This document shows, piece by piece, positions 1-9,084 of a stretch of DNA of 40,884 nucleotides (within the stretch, counting starts at the first letter, position 1; each line of letters opens with the position of its first letter). The stretch is from positions 1 through 40,884 of IMG/VR virus record IMGVR_UViG_3300037423_001031; one strand, given 5' to 3'. A model generated the notes under the pieces. It saw only the letters and a program-made list of their open reading frames with translations, was not told the DNA's origin and did no database searches. The stretch is from a virus (taxonomy: Duplodnaviria > Caudoviricetes). Made by a program: the position numbers and the translations under genes.

Positions 1-1265
1 GTCCACGCCTCGGACACGTCCCGCGCTCCGCTGGCGAGCCCGGCGCTGACGGGCACGCCGACTGCGCCCACCGCGGCGGCGGACACGAACACCACGCAAC
101 TGGCGACCACCGCGTTTGTGGCGGGCCAGGCGGCCAGCGTGGCGCCGGTGATGGCCGGCGCGGCGGCGGTGGGAACGTCCCTCCGCTTTGCGCGCCAGGA
201 TCACGTCCACCCCACCGACACGTCCCGCGCTCCGCTGGCGAGCCCGGCGCTGACGGGCACGCCGACTGCGCCCACCGCGGCGGACGGCACGAACACCACG
301 CAACTGGCGACCACCGCGTTTGTCCAGTCCGCCGTGGGCGGCTACCTGGCGAAGGTCACCACCGGCGGGACCATCACGCTGACCGATGCGGAGGCATCGA
401 ATCCGGTGATTGCCATTACCGGCGCGCTGACGGCAAACGCCATCCTGGTGGTCCCCACCACCGTGAAACGCATTTGGGGCGTTTACAACGGCACCACCGG
501 CGCGTTCACGTTGACCGTGAAAACGGCCGCGGGCGCTGGCGTGGCGGTGGCGCAGGGGAAACGGAACCTGGTTTACACGGACGGGACGGACGTTCTGGAC
601 GCGTTCACGGATTACGAGTCCATTGCGCTGACGGGCACGCCGACTGCGCCCACGGCGGCGGGCAATGACAACTCGACGCAGGTAGCCACCACGGCGTTTG
701 TGGCGGGCCAGGCGGCGAGCGCGGCGCCGGTGATGGACGGCACGGCGGCGGTGGGCACGTCCATCCGCTTTGCGCGCCAGGATCACGTCCACCCCACGGA
801 CACGTCCCGCGCGCCGCTTGCGTCCCCGGCGCTGACGGGCACGCCGACCGCGCCCACGGCGGCGGTGGACACGAACACCACGCAACTGGCGACCACGGCG
901 TTTGTCCTGGCGCAGGCGGCGGCCAGCGCGTCCCCGATGAACGGGACGGCGGCGGCGGGCACGTCCACGCGCTACGCGCGCCAGGATCACGTCCACGCCT
1001 CGGACACGTCCCGCGCTCCGCTGGCGAGCCCGGCGCTGACGGGCACGCCGACCGCGCCCACCGCGGCGGACGGCACGAACACCACGCAACTGGCGACCAC
1101 CGCGTTTGTCCAGTCCGCCGCGGGCGGCTACCTGGCGAAGGTCACCACCGGCGGGACCATCACGCTGACCGATGCGGAGGCATCGAATCCGGTGATAGTG
1201 GTTACCGGCGCGCTGACGGCAAACGCGGCGCTGGTGGTCCCCACCACGGTGAAACGCGTGTGGAC
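1..1265 (+). repeat. In-frame repeats in the tail-fibre shaft
   Basis: The ALTGTPTAPTAA..N.TQ.ATTAFV unit recurs five times here and once at about 40760-40845. 205-477 is a near-copy of 991-1263, and 822-946 matches 40760-40884. Confidence 0.9.
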
Positions 1266-1992
1266 GGTGGTGAACAACACCACCGGAGCATTTGCGCTGC
1301 GCGTGCGCCTGTCCGGCACGGTAACCGGCGTGGTGGTGATGCAGGGAAAACAAACGCAGGTATGGACGGACGGCGTGGACGTTTACCCCGCCGCCAATGA
1401 CGGCAGCGTTTACCAGCCGTTCGGCACCATTTCCGCGGCCACCACGCTGACCAGCGGGCAATCCGGCGCAATCTATATGCTGGCCGGGACCGGGTACACC
1501 ATAAACCTTCCGAGCCCCAACCCTGCGGGGCAAATGTTTTCATTCTGGAATGGTTCCGTTGGTTCCCTTATCACCCTGGCTAGTCCGTCCGGGTTGATTT
1601 ATGCGGGAATCACCGGCACCGCAAGCGTGAAAATCGAGCATGCAACCAGCATGCAGTTTGTGAGCGACGGAACAAACTGGATCATGATTTCCGGTGCCGG
1701 CCTGGCGAATAAAAACACGAGCGGTTACCTGAAATTGCCCGGCGGAATAATTATCCAGTGGGGGCAATTCTCCACCATTGTGTTAACTGGGAATACGAGT
1801 TATGCCGTGACTTTCCCGCTTGCGTTCCCGAATGCGTGTTTAAACGTGATGACTTCACATTATGCACAGGCGGTTTTGGGGCCCAATACATACACGTTCG
1901 GTTCCGACCTGGGGAGCTTGACGGGGTTTAGTGTATATGGCGGAACCAACACGTCCGGGATGGGTTTCAAGTGGGTGGCAATCGGATATTAA
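1..1992 (+). CDS. Tail fibre protein, 3' part (the gene starts at 40581 and wraps across the window ends)
   Basis: Frame is open from base 1 (VHASDTSRAPLASPALTGTPTAPTAA...). It has repeated SPALTGTPTAPT/TNTTQLATTAFV shaft units and a C-terminal GYLKLPGGIIIQWG...VTFPLAFPNAC...WVAIGY fibre-end domain, and is followed by a fibre-assembly gene. Confidence 0.9.
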   Translation, partial: VHASDTSRAPLASPALTGTPTAPTAAADTNTTQLATTAFVAGQAASVAPVMAGAAAVGTSLRFARQDHVHPTDTSRAPLASPALTGTPTAPTAADGTNTTQLATTAFVQSAVGGYLAKVTTGGTITLTDAEASNPVIAITGALTANAILVVPTTVKRIWGVYNGTTGAFTLTVKTAAGAGVAVAQGKRNLVYTDGTDVLDAFTDYESIALTGTPTAPTAAGNDNSTQVATTAFVAGQAASAAPVMDGTAAVGTSIRFARQDHVHPTDTSRAPLASPALTGTPTAPTAAVDTNTTQLATTAFVLAQAAASASPMNGTAAAGTSTRYARQDHVHASDTSRAPLASPALTGTPTAPTAADGTNTTQLATTAFVQSAAGGYLAKVTTGGTITLTDAEASNPVIVVTGALTANAALVVPTTVKRVWTVVNNTTGAFALRVRLSGTVTGVVVMQGKQTQVWTDGVDVYPAANDGSVYQPFGTISAATTLTSGQSGAIYMLAGTGYTINLPSPNPAGQMFSFWNGSVGSLITLASPSGLIYAGITGTASVKIEHATSMQFVSDGTNWIMISGAGLANKNTSGYLKLPGGIIIQWGQFSTIVLTGNTSYAVTFPLAFPNACLNVMTSHYAQAVLGPNTYTFGSDLGSLTGFSVYGGTNTSGMGFKWVAIGY

Positions 1993-2002
1993 GGGGGCCT
2001 GA

Positions 2003-2467
2003 ATGTTTTATTCAAAATCGACCGGCGGATTTTATGATTCGTCCATCCATGGCGAAAATATCCCGGCGGATGCCGTGGAAATCAGCGACGACGAGCACCA
2101 GGCGATTCTGGAAGGGCAGTCCGCCGGCCTGCGCATCGTGGCCGGCGAGGACGGGCGCCCGGCGCTGGTGGCGCCGCCGCCGCCCACCGCCAAACAGGTG
2201 GAGGACGCCATATCGGCCGAAGTCCAGCGGCACCTGGACGAGGCGGCCAGGTCCATGGGGTATGACGACATACGCAGCGCGGTGAGTTATGCGGATGAAC
2301 CGGCCGTCCCGGAGTTCCAGGCCGAAGGCCGCGCCCTGCGCGCCTGGCGGTCCCTGGTGTGGGCCTACTGCTACGAGGTTTTAGCCGCGGCGAAGTCCGG
2401 GGCGCGCGAGGCCCCCACCGCGGCGCAATTGATTTCCGAGCTGCCGGCCCTGGAGCTGCCGGCCTGA
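2003..2467 (+). CDS. Tail fibre assembly protein/chaperone
   Basis: MFYSKSTGGFYDSSIHGENIPADAVEI N-terminus and LDEAARSMGYDDIRSAVSYADEP...WRSLVW C-terminus are typical of Tfa-like proteins; directly downstream of the fibre gene. Confidence 0.85.
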   Translation: MFYSKSTGGFYDSSIHGENIPADAVEISDDEHQAILEGQSAGLRIVAGEDGRPALVAPPPPTAKQVEDAISAEVQRHLDEAARSMGYDDIRSAVSYADEPAVPEFQAEGRALRAWRSLVWAYCYEVLAAAKSGAREAPTAAQLISELPALELPA

Positions 2468-2475
2468 TCGGACAG

Positions 2476-2517
2476 GAAATCCCACAAGAGGCCCCAGCGC
2501 GGGCCGCTGGGCACAGT
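2476..2517 (+). promoter_or_regulatory. Conserved 18-bp motif copy 1 plus -10-like hexamer (putative late promoter for the sheath/tube operon)
   Basis: GAAATCCCACAAGAGGCC at 2476-2493, 18-nt spacer, CACAGT at 2512-2517; sheath ATG at 2550. Confidence 0.7.
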
Positions 2518-2549
2518 GGGGGCCACTTTTGCAACAGTGGTTCCCGACT

Positions 2550-4064
2550 ATGCCCGACATTTTTTTGCACGGCGTTGAAGTCCAAGAAATCGACGCCGGC
2601 CCCCGCCCCATCCGCACCGTGGCAAGTGCCGTTATCGGCATCGTGGGCACCGCCCCCGGCGCACAGGCGGAGGTGAAATCTACCGCTGCCACCGGCGTGG
2701 TGGGCAGCAATAACGCGCTGACGTACACGTCCAAACTGACCGGCGAGAACGGGAACAAGATTTCCATTGCGCTGGTGGACCCCAAGGCAAACAACGCGGC
2801 GCTATCGGTTTCCGTGGCCGGGAACGCCATCACGGTGAAGCTGGCGACCAGCGCGGCCGGCGCCATCACGTCCACCGCAACGAACGTGAAAACCGCCATC
2901 GACGGCAACACCGCCGCCGCCGCGCTGATGACCACGGCGAACACCGGCGCGAGCACCGGCGCGGGCGTGGTGGCCGCCGTGGCGACCACCTACCTGTCCG
3001 GCGGCCTGAACGATGCGTTCCCGCTGAACACCCCCACGCTGATTGCCGCGAGCCGGCGCGACGTGGCGAAGCTGGGCACCACCGGCACGCTTCCCGATGC
3101 CCTGGATTCCATCCTGGACCAGGCGGGCGCCGTGGTGGTGGTGGTCCGCGTGGCGGACGCCGGCACCGATACAGCTACCACGGTGAACGTGGTGGGCGGC
3201 ACGGACGGCAGCGGCAATTTCACCGGCGTGCATGCCCTGCGCGGCGCGGAATCGACGCTGGGCGTGGCCCCGCGCATCCTGATTGCGCCCGGCTGGACGC
3301 ATCAGCGCACGAGCGGCGCAAACCCGGTGGTTGCGGAGCTGGTGGGCATCGCGGACCGCCTGCGCGCCGTGGTGATCCAGGACGGCCCGAATACGACGGA
3401 CGCGGCGGCCATCACCGCGGCCGGCGATTTCGGCAGCGCGCGGGTGTACCAGGTGGACCCGTGGGTGAAGAAACTGAACACCACCACCGGCGAGGTTTAC
3501 GCGGCCCCGCCCAGTGCCATTGTGGCCGGCCTGCTGGCGCGCAGCGACAACGACCGCGGCTTTTGGTTCAGCCCCAGCAACCTGGAAATTTACGGCATCG
3601 TGGGCACGTCCCGGTCCGTGGATTTCGTCCTGGGGGACGCCAACTGCCGCGCGAACCTGCTGAACGCGTCCAACGTGGCAACCATCATCCGCCAGAACGG
3701 TTACCGTTTGTGGGGCAACCGCTCCCTTTCGTCTGATCCGAAGTGGCAATTCCTGTCGGTCCGCCGGACCGCGGACCTGATTAACGATTCCATCCTGCGC
3801 GCGCATTTGTGGGCGGTGGATCGTGGCATCACGAAAACCTATGTCCAGGACGTGGTGGAGGGCGTGAACGCGTATATCCGCGGCCTGGTGGCACTGGGCG
3901 CGGTTATCGACGGGAAATGCTGGGCGGACCCCGACCTGAACACCCCGGCGAACGTGGCGAAGGGGATGGTATATTTCAATTTCGATTTCTGCCCCCCGTA
4001 CCCCGCGGAACATATCGTGTTCCGCTCCATGCTGAACGGCGATTACCTCTCGGAGATTTTCTAA
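2550..4064 (+). CDS. Contractile tail sheath protein (P2 FI-like)
   Basis: MPDIFLHGVEVQEIDAGPRPIRTVASAVIGIVGTAP start, GFWFSPSN and GYRLWGNR motifs; followed by the tube gene. Confidence 0.93.
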   Translation: MPDIFLHGVEVQEIDAGPRPIRTVASAVIGIVGTAPGAQAEVKSTAATGVVGSNNALTYTSKLTGENGNKISIALVDPKANNAALSVSVAGNAITVKLATSAAGAITSTATNVKTAIDGNTAAAALMTTANTGASTGAGVVAAVATTYLSGGLNDAFPLNTPTLIAASRRDVAKLGTTGTLPDALDSILDQAGAVVVVVRVADAGTDTATTVNVVGGTDGSGNFTGVHALRGAESTLGVAPRILIAPGWTHQRTSGANPVVAELVGIADRLRAVVIQDGPNTTDAAAITAAGDFGSARVYQVDPWVKKLNTTTGEVYAAPPSAIVAGLLARSDNDRGFWFSPSNLEIYGIVGTSRSVDFVLGDANCRANLLNASNVATIIRQNGYRLWGNRSLSSDPKWQFLSVRRTADLINDSILRAHLWAVDRGITKTYVQDVVEGVNAYIRGLVALGAVIDGKCWADPDLNTPANVAKGMVYFNFDFCPPYPAEHIVFRSMLNGDYLSEIF

Positions 4065-4577
4065 ATGGCGGTTACTTCTGACGTTCGCAAGAATTTTGCG
4101 ATTTTCGTGGACGGCCGCGGCTACGCGGGCCAGGCCAAGGATTTCAACGCCCCGAAGCTGAAGCAACTGACCGAGGATTTCCGCGCTGGCGGCATGCTGG
4201 GTCCGGTGGCAATTGCCATGGGCCTGGACGGCGTTCTGGCAGCGGATTTCAGCCTGGTCAAGTATGACCGCAACGTCCTGTCCCTGTTCGGCGTGGTTGA
4301 CGGCGGGCGCGTCAATTTCGTGGCGCGCGAACTGCTGGAGTCCGCGGACGGCGCCGTGGGCGGCGTGGTCCATACGATGCGCGGGAAAATCACGGAGCTG
4401 GACCCCGGCACGTCCGAGCCCGGCAAGCTGAACCCGCTGAAAGTGACCATCAACATGGTTTATTACAAGCTGGAGCACGGCGGCCAGGTGGTCCAGGAAA
4501 TCGACCTGGAAAACATGGTGCATGTTGTGGGCGGCGTGGATCAACTGGCGGAGCAGCGCGCAACGCTGGGCCTCTGA
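4065..4577 (+). CDS. Tail tube protein (P2 FII-like)
   Basis: 170 aa after the sheath gene; FVDGRGYAG, EDFRAGGMLGPV and EIDLENMVHVVGGVD motifs. Confidence 0.92.
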   Translation: MAVTSDVRKNFAIFVDGRGYAGQAKDFNAPKLKQLTEDFRAGGMLGPVAIAMGLDGVLAADFSLVKYDRNVLSLFGVVDGGRVNFVARELLESADGAVGGVVHTMRGKITELDPGTSEPGKLNPLKVTINMVYYKLEHGGQVVQEIDLENMVHVVGGVDQLAEQRATLGL

Positions 4578-4630
4578 TCGACGGCGGGCCGGCCAGGCGC
4601 CGGCCTGCCTGATTCCCTGGAGCTGAGAGC

Positions 4631-4915
4631 ATGAGCAAAGAAAAAACCCCGTCCTGGTTGAAATACAACGAGGACGGCAGCGCGGACATTACCCTTTCGC
4701 GCCCGCGCGAAATCGACGGCGTGAAAACCGCCGCCGTCCGCATGCGGGAACCGCTGGTGGAGGACCAGACCGCCACGGACCACCTGGAAACCGATTCCGC
4801 GCGAGAGCGCGCCATGCTGGCGAACCTGTGCATGGTGAGTCCGGGTGCAATCCAGAAATTGCCCCTGAGCGAATACAAGCGGCTTCAAACCGCGTTCCTG
4901 GGTTTTATCGTCTAA
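4631..4915 (+). CDS. Tail assembly chaperone (P2 gpE-like)
   Basis: ITLSRP...VRMREPLVED motif, position between tube and tape-measure genes, slippery site near the 3' end. Confidence 0.85.
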   Translation: MSKEKTPSWLKYNEDGSADITLSRPREIDGVKTAAVRMREPLVEDQTATDHLETDSARERAMLANLCMVSPGAIQKLPLSEYKRLQTAFLGFIV

Positions 4916-5049
4916 CGTCCCATTTCGTCCGCGCGGGGGCGTTAGCGTTAGCGAGTCATACAGGATGGAGCGCGGGGGAAATCATGCGGATGCGGGTTTC
5001 CCGGTTTCTGTGGTGGCTGGAAGGGCTGCCCAAGTCTGAGGGTAGGTGA
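4900..5049 (+). CDS. -1 frameshift extension of the tail chaperone (gpE+E'-like)
   Basis: G GGT TTT at 4900-4906. The -1 frame reads GFYRLTSHFVRAGALALASHTGWSAGEIMRMRVSRFLWW..., resembling the E' family (W...EI..M....F.WW). Confidence 0.8.
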   Translation, partial: GFYRLTSHFVRAGALALASHTGWSAGEIMRMRVSRFLWWLEGLPKSEGR

Positions 5050-7898
5050 TGGCAAATAAGCGCCTGAGTGCGGTTATTCAAATCGGTGGGGCGGTTTCCA
5101 GTTCGCTGGGGACCGCCTTCGGCACTGTGCGCGGGCGCATTGATTCCGTGGGAACTGCCATCCGCAAGGCGGAGAACCAGCAAAAACTGCTATCCAAGGC
5201 CATCAAAGAGCTGGGCGCGAACGGCCAGCCGGTGGACCACTTGCGCGAGAAATACGCCAGGGCAACGCGCGAGCTGGAAAAGCACCGCGCCGAGATGGCG
5301 AAACTTCAGGCCGCGCAGCGCGGCATGGGGGAAGGCCGCGCGATGATGGGCGGCGCGGGCGCGGCGGTGGCCGGCGCCGCCACGGTGGCGGCCATCGGCA
5401 TGGTGCCGATTATCCAGGCCGCAAAGTTTGAAAAGGCCATGGCCGGGGTGGCAAAACAGGTGGACGGAGCGCGCGACGAGTCCGGCCGCCTGACCCCGGT
5501 TTACCATGAGATGGCGCAGGCCATTCAGGCACTCGGCCGGGAAATCCCGCTGGCAACCAACGACCTGGCGGACATGGTGACCGCGGGCGCGCGTATGGGC
5601 GTGGCGCGGGACGAACTGCTGGATTTCACGAAAACCGCCGCCATGATGGCGTCCGCTTTCGAGCTACCAGCGGGCGAGCTGGCGGACGATATGGGCAAGA
5701 TTGCCGGCCTGTTCAAGATTCCGATTCCCAAAATCGGGGACCTGGCGGACGCAATCAATTTCCTGGACGATAACGCCATATCCAAGGGTGGCGATATTAT
5801 CGAGGTTATGAAACGCGTGGGTGGCACCGCGGCGGCGCTGAAAATGCCCGCAGCGGAGGCGGCGGCGCTGGGGTCCACGTTCCTGACCATGGGCGCCGCG
5901 GCTGAAGTGGCCGCCACCGCGTCCAATGCCATGATGCGTGAGCTTGCGATTGCATCCATGCAACCCAAGCGGTTCCAGGCCGGAATTAAGGCCATCGGCA
6001 TGGATGCGAAAAAGGTCCAGGCCGATATGTCCAAGGACGCCACCGGGACGATTCTTAGGGTCCTGGACGCGCTGAACAAGGTTCCCGAGGCGAAGCGCCT
6101 GGAGGTAACCACGCAACTGTTCGGCAAAGAATATGGCGATGACGTGGCGAAGCTGGCCGGTGGGGTGGACGAATACCGGCGCCAGTTGACCCTGGCAACC
6201 GGCCAGAAATCGTTTGCGTCCGGCATCAAGGACGCGGAAATGATGCGCGCCGCGCTGGGCAAGGCCGGCGGCGCGGCCGGGAGCATGGCGCGGGAATTCC
6301 AGACCGCAAAAGAACTGACAGTTTCGCAATGGCAGATTGCGCAAAACGTGTTCACGGAACTGGGCGTGAACATCGGTTCTATTCTGCTGCCCGCGGTGAA
6401 TAGCCTGATGGGCGGCGTGGGTCCGCTGGTGGGCATGACGGCAAGCTGGGTGCGCGAAAACCGCGGCCTGGTGGGCGGCCTGGCGCAGGGGATCACGACC
6501 TTTGCCGCAGTGTTTGCCGCGCTGAAGTTGCTTCCCATGGGAATCGGCGCGGTGACGTTCGCATTCAACGCGCTAAAGCTGGCAATGCTCACGAACCCGC
6601 TAACGCTGGTTTTTGCTGCGGTGGCAACTGCGGCGGTCCTGATTTATCAGAACTGGGAGCCGATTAAGGGATTTTTCGCGGACCTGTGGGCCAGCATCAC
6701 GCAGGCCGCGGACGGCGCGCTGGACCGGATTACCAAAAAACTGGAGTGGGTGGGCAACGCCTGGCGGACTGTCAAGAGCTGGTTTTCCAGCGAGGACGGC
6801 GCCCCGAAGGCCCCGGCCGCCGCCCCCGCGCTGCCGGCGCCAGGCGCCCCGGCCCCGACCCCGGCGCCGCTGGTGGTGGGCCAGGCCGCGGCGCGCTCCA
6901 GGCAGGCCACCCCGGAGCCCGCGCGCCAAGCGCCCACGCCGGTGGCCGCCGGCCGCGCCGTGGCGGTGGCCGCCGCGGTGGCCGCGGCGCCCCTGGCGCC
7001 GGCCTTTGCTGCGCCCCAGCCTGGTGGAGCTGCGCCCGCCGCGCTGCGGCCGGCGGCCACCGCCTCGGCGCCGGCCCCGGCCCCCGCCGTGCCTGCGGTC
7101 CTGGTGGTGGGCCAGGCCGCCCAGCGCGCCGCCCCGCCGGCCCCGGCCCCAGCCCCGGCCGCCGGCCGCACCACCGCCGCGCAGGACGCGCCGCGGTGGG
7201 TCCAGGCGCGCATGGCGCGGGCGCCGGACGGGGCCAGCCCCGCCGACACCCCGCCGGTGGTGGGCGAGGCCGCCGGCCGCGCCAGGCGGCCCGAGGCGCC
7301 CACGGCGCCGGTGGTCCAGGTCCAGGCCCCCGCCCCGGCCACGCAAGCCGTTCCAGCGGCCCCGCAGCGGCCCGCGCCGGCCCCGGCCACGCCGGTGGTG
7401 GTGGGCGAGGCCGCCGGCCGCGCCAGGCGGCCCGAGGCGCCCGCGGCGCCGGTGGTCCAGGTCCAGGCCCCCGCCCCGGCCACGCAAGCCGCTCCAGCGG
7501 CCCCGCAGCGGCCCGCGCCGGCCCCGGCCACGCCGGTGGTGGTGGGCGAGGCCGCCCAGCGCGCCAAGGCCCCCGCGCCGGCCCCGGCTGGCCAGGCGCC
7601 GGCCCCCGCGCCCGCGCTGGTGGTGGTGGGCGCAGGCGTGCAGCGCGCGCAGGAGCCGCCGGCCCGCGCCGTCCAGGCCCCGCCGCTGCCGGCGCCCGCG
7701 GTCCCGGCCATGGCCCCGGCCCGAGGCGCGGCCCCGGCCGCGCGGCCGGTCCAGGTGACGCAAAACAACACGTTCCACATCACGCAGCAACCCGGCGAGG
7801 ACGCCAGGCAACTGGCGGACAGAGTGGCGCGCGAGCTGGAGAAGCGCAACGCGGTGAGCCGCCGCGGCGCCATGTATGACCAGGCGGAGGGGTACTAA
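5049..7898 (+). CDS. Tail tape measure protein with Pro/Ala-rich C-terminal region
   Basis: TP901-type core (FEKAMAGVAKQVD, LADAINFLDDN, LFGKEY, NPLTLV, IYQNWEPIKGFF); TGATG overlap with the E' stop (an in-frame GTG at 5046 is an alternative start). Confidence 0.92.
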   Translation: MANKRLSAVIQIGGAVSSSLGTAFGTVRGRIDSVGTAIRKAENQQKLLSKAIKELGANGQPVDHLREKYARATRELEKHRAEMAKLQAAQRGMGEGRAMMGGAGAAVAGAATVAAIGMVPIIQAAKFEKAMAGVAKQVDGARDESGRLTPVYHEMAQAIQALGREIPLATNDLADMVTAGARMGVARDELLDFTKTAAMMASAFELPAGELADDMGKIAGLFKIPIPKIGDLADAINFLDDNAISKGGDIIEVMKRVGGTAAALKMPAAEAAALGSTFLTMGAAAEVAATASNAMMRELAIASMQPKRFQAGIKAIGMDAKKVQADMSKDATGTILRVLDALNKVPEAKRLEVTTQLFGKEYGDDVAKLAGGVDEYRRQLTLATGQKSFASGIKDAEMMRAALGKAGGAAGSMAREFQTAKELTVSQWQIAQNVFTELGVNIGSILLPAVNSLMGGVGPLVGMTASWVRENRGLVGGLAQGITTFAAVFAALKLLPMGIGAVTFAFNALKLAMLTNPLTLVFAAVATAAVLIYQNWEPIKGFFADLWASITQAADGALDRITKKLEWVGNAWRTVKSWFSSEDGAPKAPAAAPALPAPGAPAPTPAPLVVGQAAARSRQATPEPARQAPTPVAAGRAVAVAAAVAAAPLAPAFAAPQPGGAAPAALRPAATASAPAPAPAVPAVLVVGQAAQRAAPPAPAPAPAAGRTTAAQDAPRWVQARMARAPDGASPADTPPVVGEAAGRARRPEAPTAPVVQVQAPAPATQAVPAAPQRPAPAPATPVVVGEAAGRARRPEAPAAPVVQVQAPAPATQAAPAAPQRPAPAPATPVVVGEAAQRAKAPAPAPAGQAPAPAPALVVVGAGVQRAQEPPARAVQAPPLPAPAVPAMAPARGAAPAARPVQVTQNNTFHITQQPGEDARQLADRVARELEKRNAVSRRGAMYDQAEGY
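7256..7555 (+). repeat. Two near-identical 141-bp (47-aa) tandem units in the tape-measure gene
   Basis: GTGGGCGAGGCCGCC starts at 7260, 7401 and 7542; unit VVGEAAGRARRPEAP(T/A)APVVQVQAPAPATQA(V/A)PAAPQRPAPAPATPV. Confidence 0.9.
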
Positions 7899-8876
7899 AT
7901 GAGCGGCGCCATCAAGAGCATGGGCCAGGACGTAATGATGCAACTGGGAACATTCCAGTTCGGCATTAATACTGCGGCTTACAACGATTTCAAGCGGACC
8001 ACTGAGCAACGGTGGGCATGCCAGGAGTTGCTGGGGCAACTGGATGCGCTGCAATTCCTCGGACCTGGTGCCGATGCTGTCACGCTGTCCGGCGTGATTT
8101 ACCCCGACTGGCGGGGCGGTTCCAGCCAGGTGCAAGACCTGCGCAACCTGGCCGCGCAGGGTTTCCCGCTGCTGCTGGTGGACGGCATGGGCGCCGTTTG
8201 GGGCATGTGGGCCATCGAGGGCGTGGAGGAATCCGCGCGACTGTTCGGGGCCGGCGGCCAGGCGCGGCGCCAGGAATTCACGGTGAAGCTGCGCAAGGCC
8301 GCGGACATCGTGCCAGGCGTGGGCGGGGACTATCCGGTGGACGAGCCCGAGGCCGCGGCCAGCGAGGGGGGCGCGGAGGATGGTGCATTCCAGTCCCCGG
8401 AGGATGCGGCCGGGGAAATACAAAGACTGCTGAACAGGTCCGCCGCCGCCGCCACCGCCGCCACCGGGGAACTGGGCGGGGTGGCCGGCCTGGTGGACGC
8501 TGCGAAGGCCGGCATAGGCGCCGCCGCGTCCAGCGTGGCCGGATGCGTGGCGCGCTGCAACGAGGCGACGGGCGAGCTGCAAGGCAGCGTTGCACGCGCA
8601 ACCGGCCTGCTGGGCAGCGGTTCCACGTTCGCATCCGTGACGGCATCCGCGCGCGCCATCGTGAGCGATGCCACCGCGCTGGCGCGGTTCCCCGCGTCCG
8701 CGTCCCAGTGCCTACGCAACACGCTTTCAAGCCTGCGCCAGGCCGGGGGGAGCCCTATGAGCGCAATCAGCGCGGTGCAAGGCGCCGTTTCATCCGCGGA
8801 CCGCGTTTCCGGCATGCTGCGAAATGCCACGCGCTCCGCGTCCAGCATTCTGAGCAGGATTCCGGGCAATGGCTGA
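7899..8876 (+). CDS. P2 gpU-like tail protein with long C-terminal extension
   Basis: MMQLGTFQFGINTAAY, LQFLGPGADAVTLSGVIYP, LLLVDGMG..WGMWAIE and QEFTVKL motifs in the first ~135 aa. Confidence 0.85.
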   Translation: MSGAIKSMGQDVMMQLGTFQFGINTAAYNDFKRTTEQRWACQELLGQLDALQFLGPGADAVTLSGVIYPDWRGGSSQVQDLRNLAAQGFPLLLVDGMGAVWGMWAIEGVEESARLFGAGGQARRQEFTVKLRKAADIVPGVGGDYPVDEPEAAASEGGAEDGAFQSPEDAAGEIQRLLNRSAAAATAATGELGGVAGLVDAAKAGIGAAASSVAGCVARCNEATGELQGSVARATGLLGSGSTFASVTASARAIVSDATALARFPASASQCLRNTLSSLRQAGGSPMSAISAVQGAVSSADRVSGMLRNATRSASSILSRIPGNG

Positions 8877-9084
8877 CACCTACAGGACCAGCGACGGCGA
8901 TACGGTGGACGCCATCGCATGGCGTTACTACAACAGCGGCGCCGCGGCTTATGTGGGCGCCATCCTGGGGGCGAACCCCGGCCTGGCCGCGCTCGGCCCC
9001 GTCCTGCCGATGGGGCTTGAAATCGTTTTGCCGGTGGTTGCCGCCCCGGCCGCGAAGAAACAGGGCGTGAAGCTATGGGATTGA
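8869..9084 (+). CDS. P2 gpX-like tail protein (LysM-like)
   Basis: YRTSDGDTVDAIAWRYY...ANPGLAALGPVLPMGLEIVLP...VKLWD. Confidence 0.92.
   Translation: MADTYRTSDGDTVDAIAWRYYNSGAAAYVGAILGANPGLAALGPVLPMGLEIVLPVVAAPAAKKQGVKLWD

Noticed and set aside
1-1992. Diversity-generating retroelement or invertible fibre cassette
   Set aside because: The repeats are in-frame shaft units, the differences are not adenine-specific, and no reverse transcriptase or invertase gene is visible.
2802-4544. 580-aa antisense ORF over the sheath and tube genes (and similar shadows such as 34829-36001)
   Set aside because: Explained by the codon bias of the sense genes; no independent evidence.
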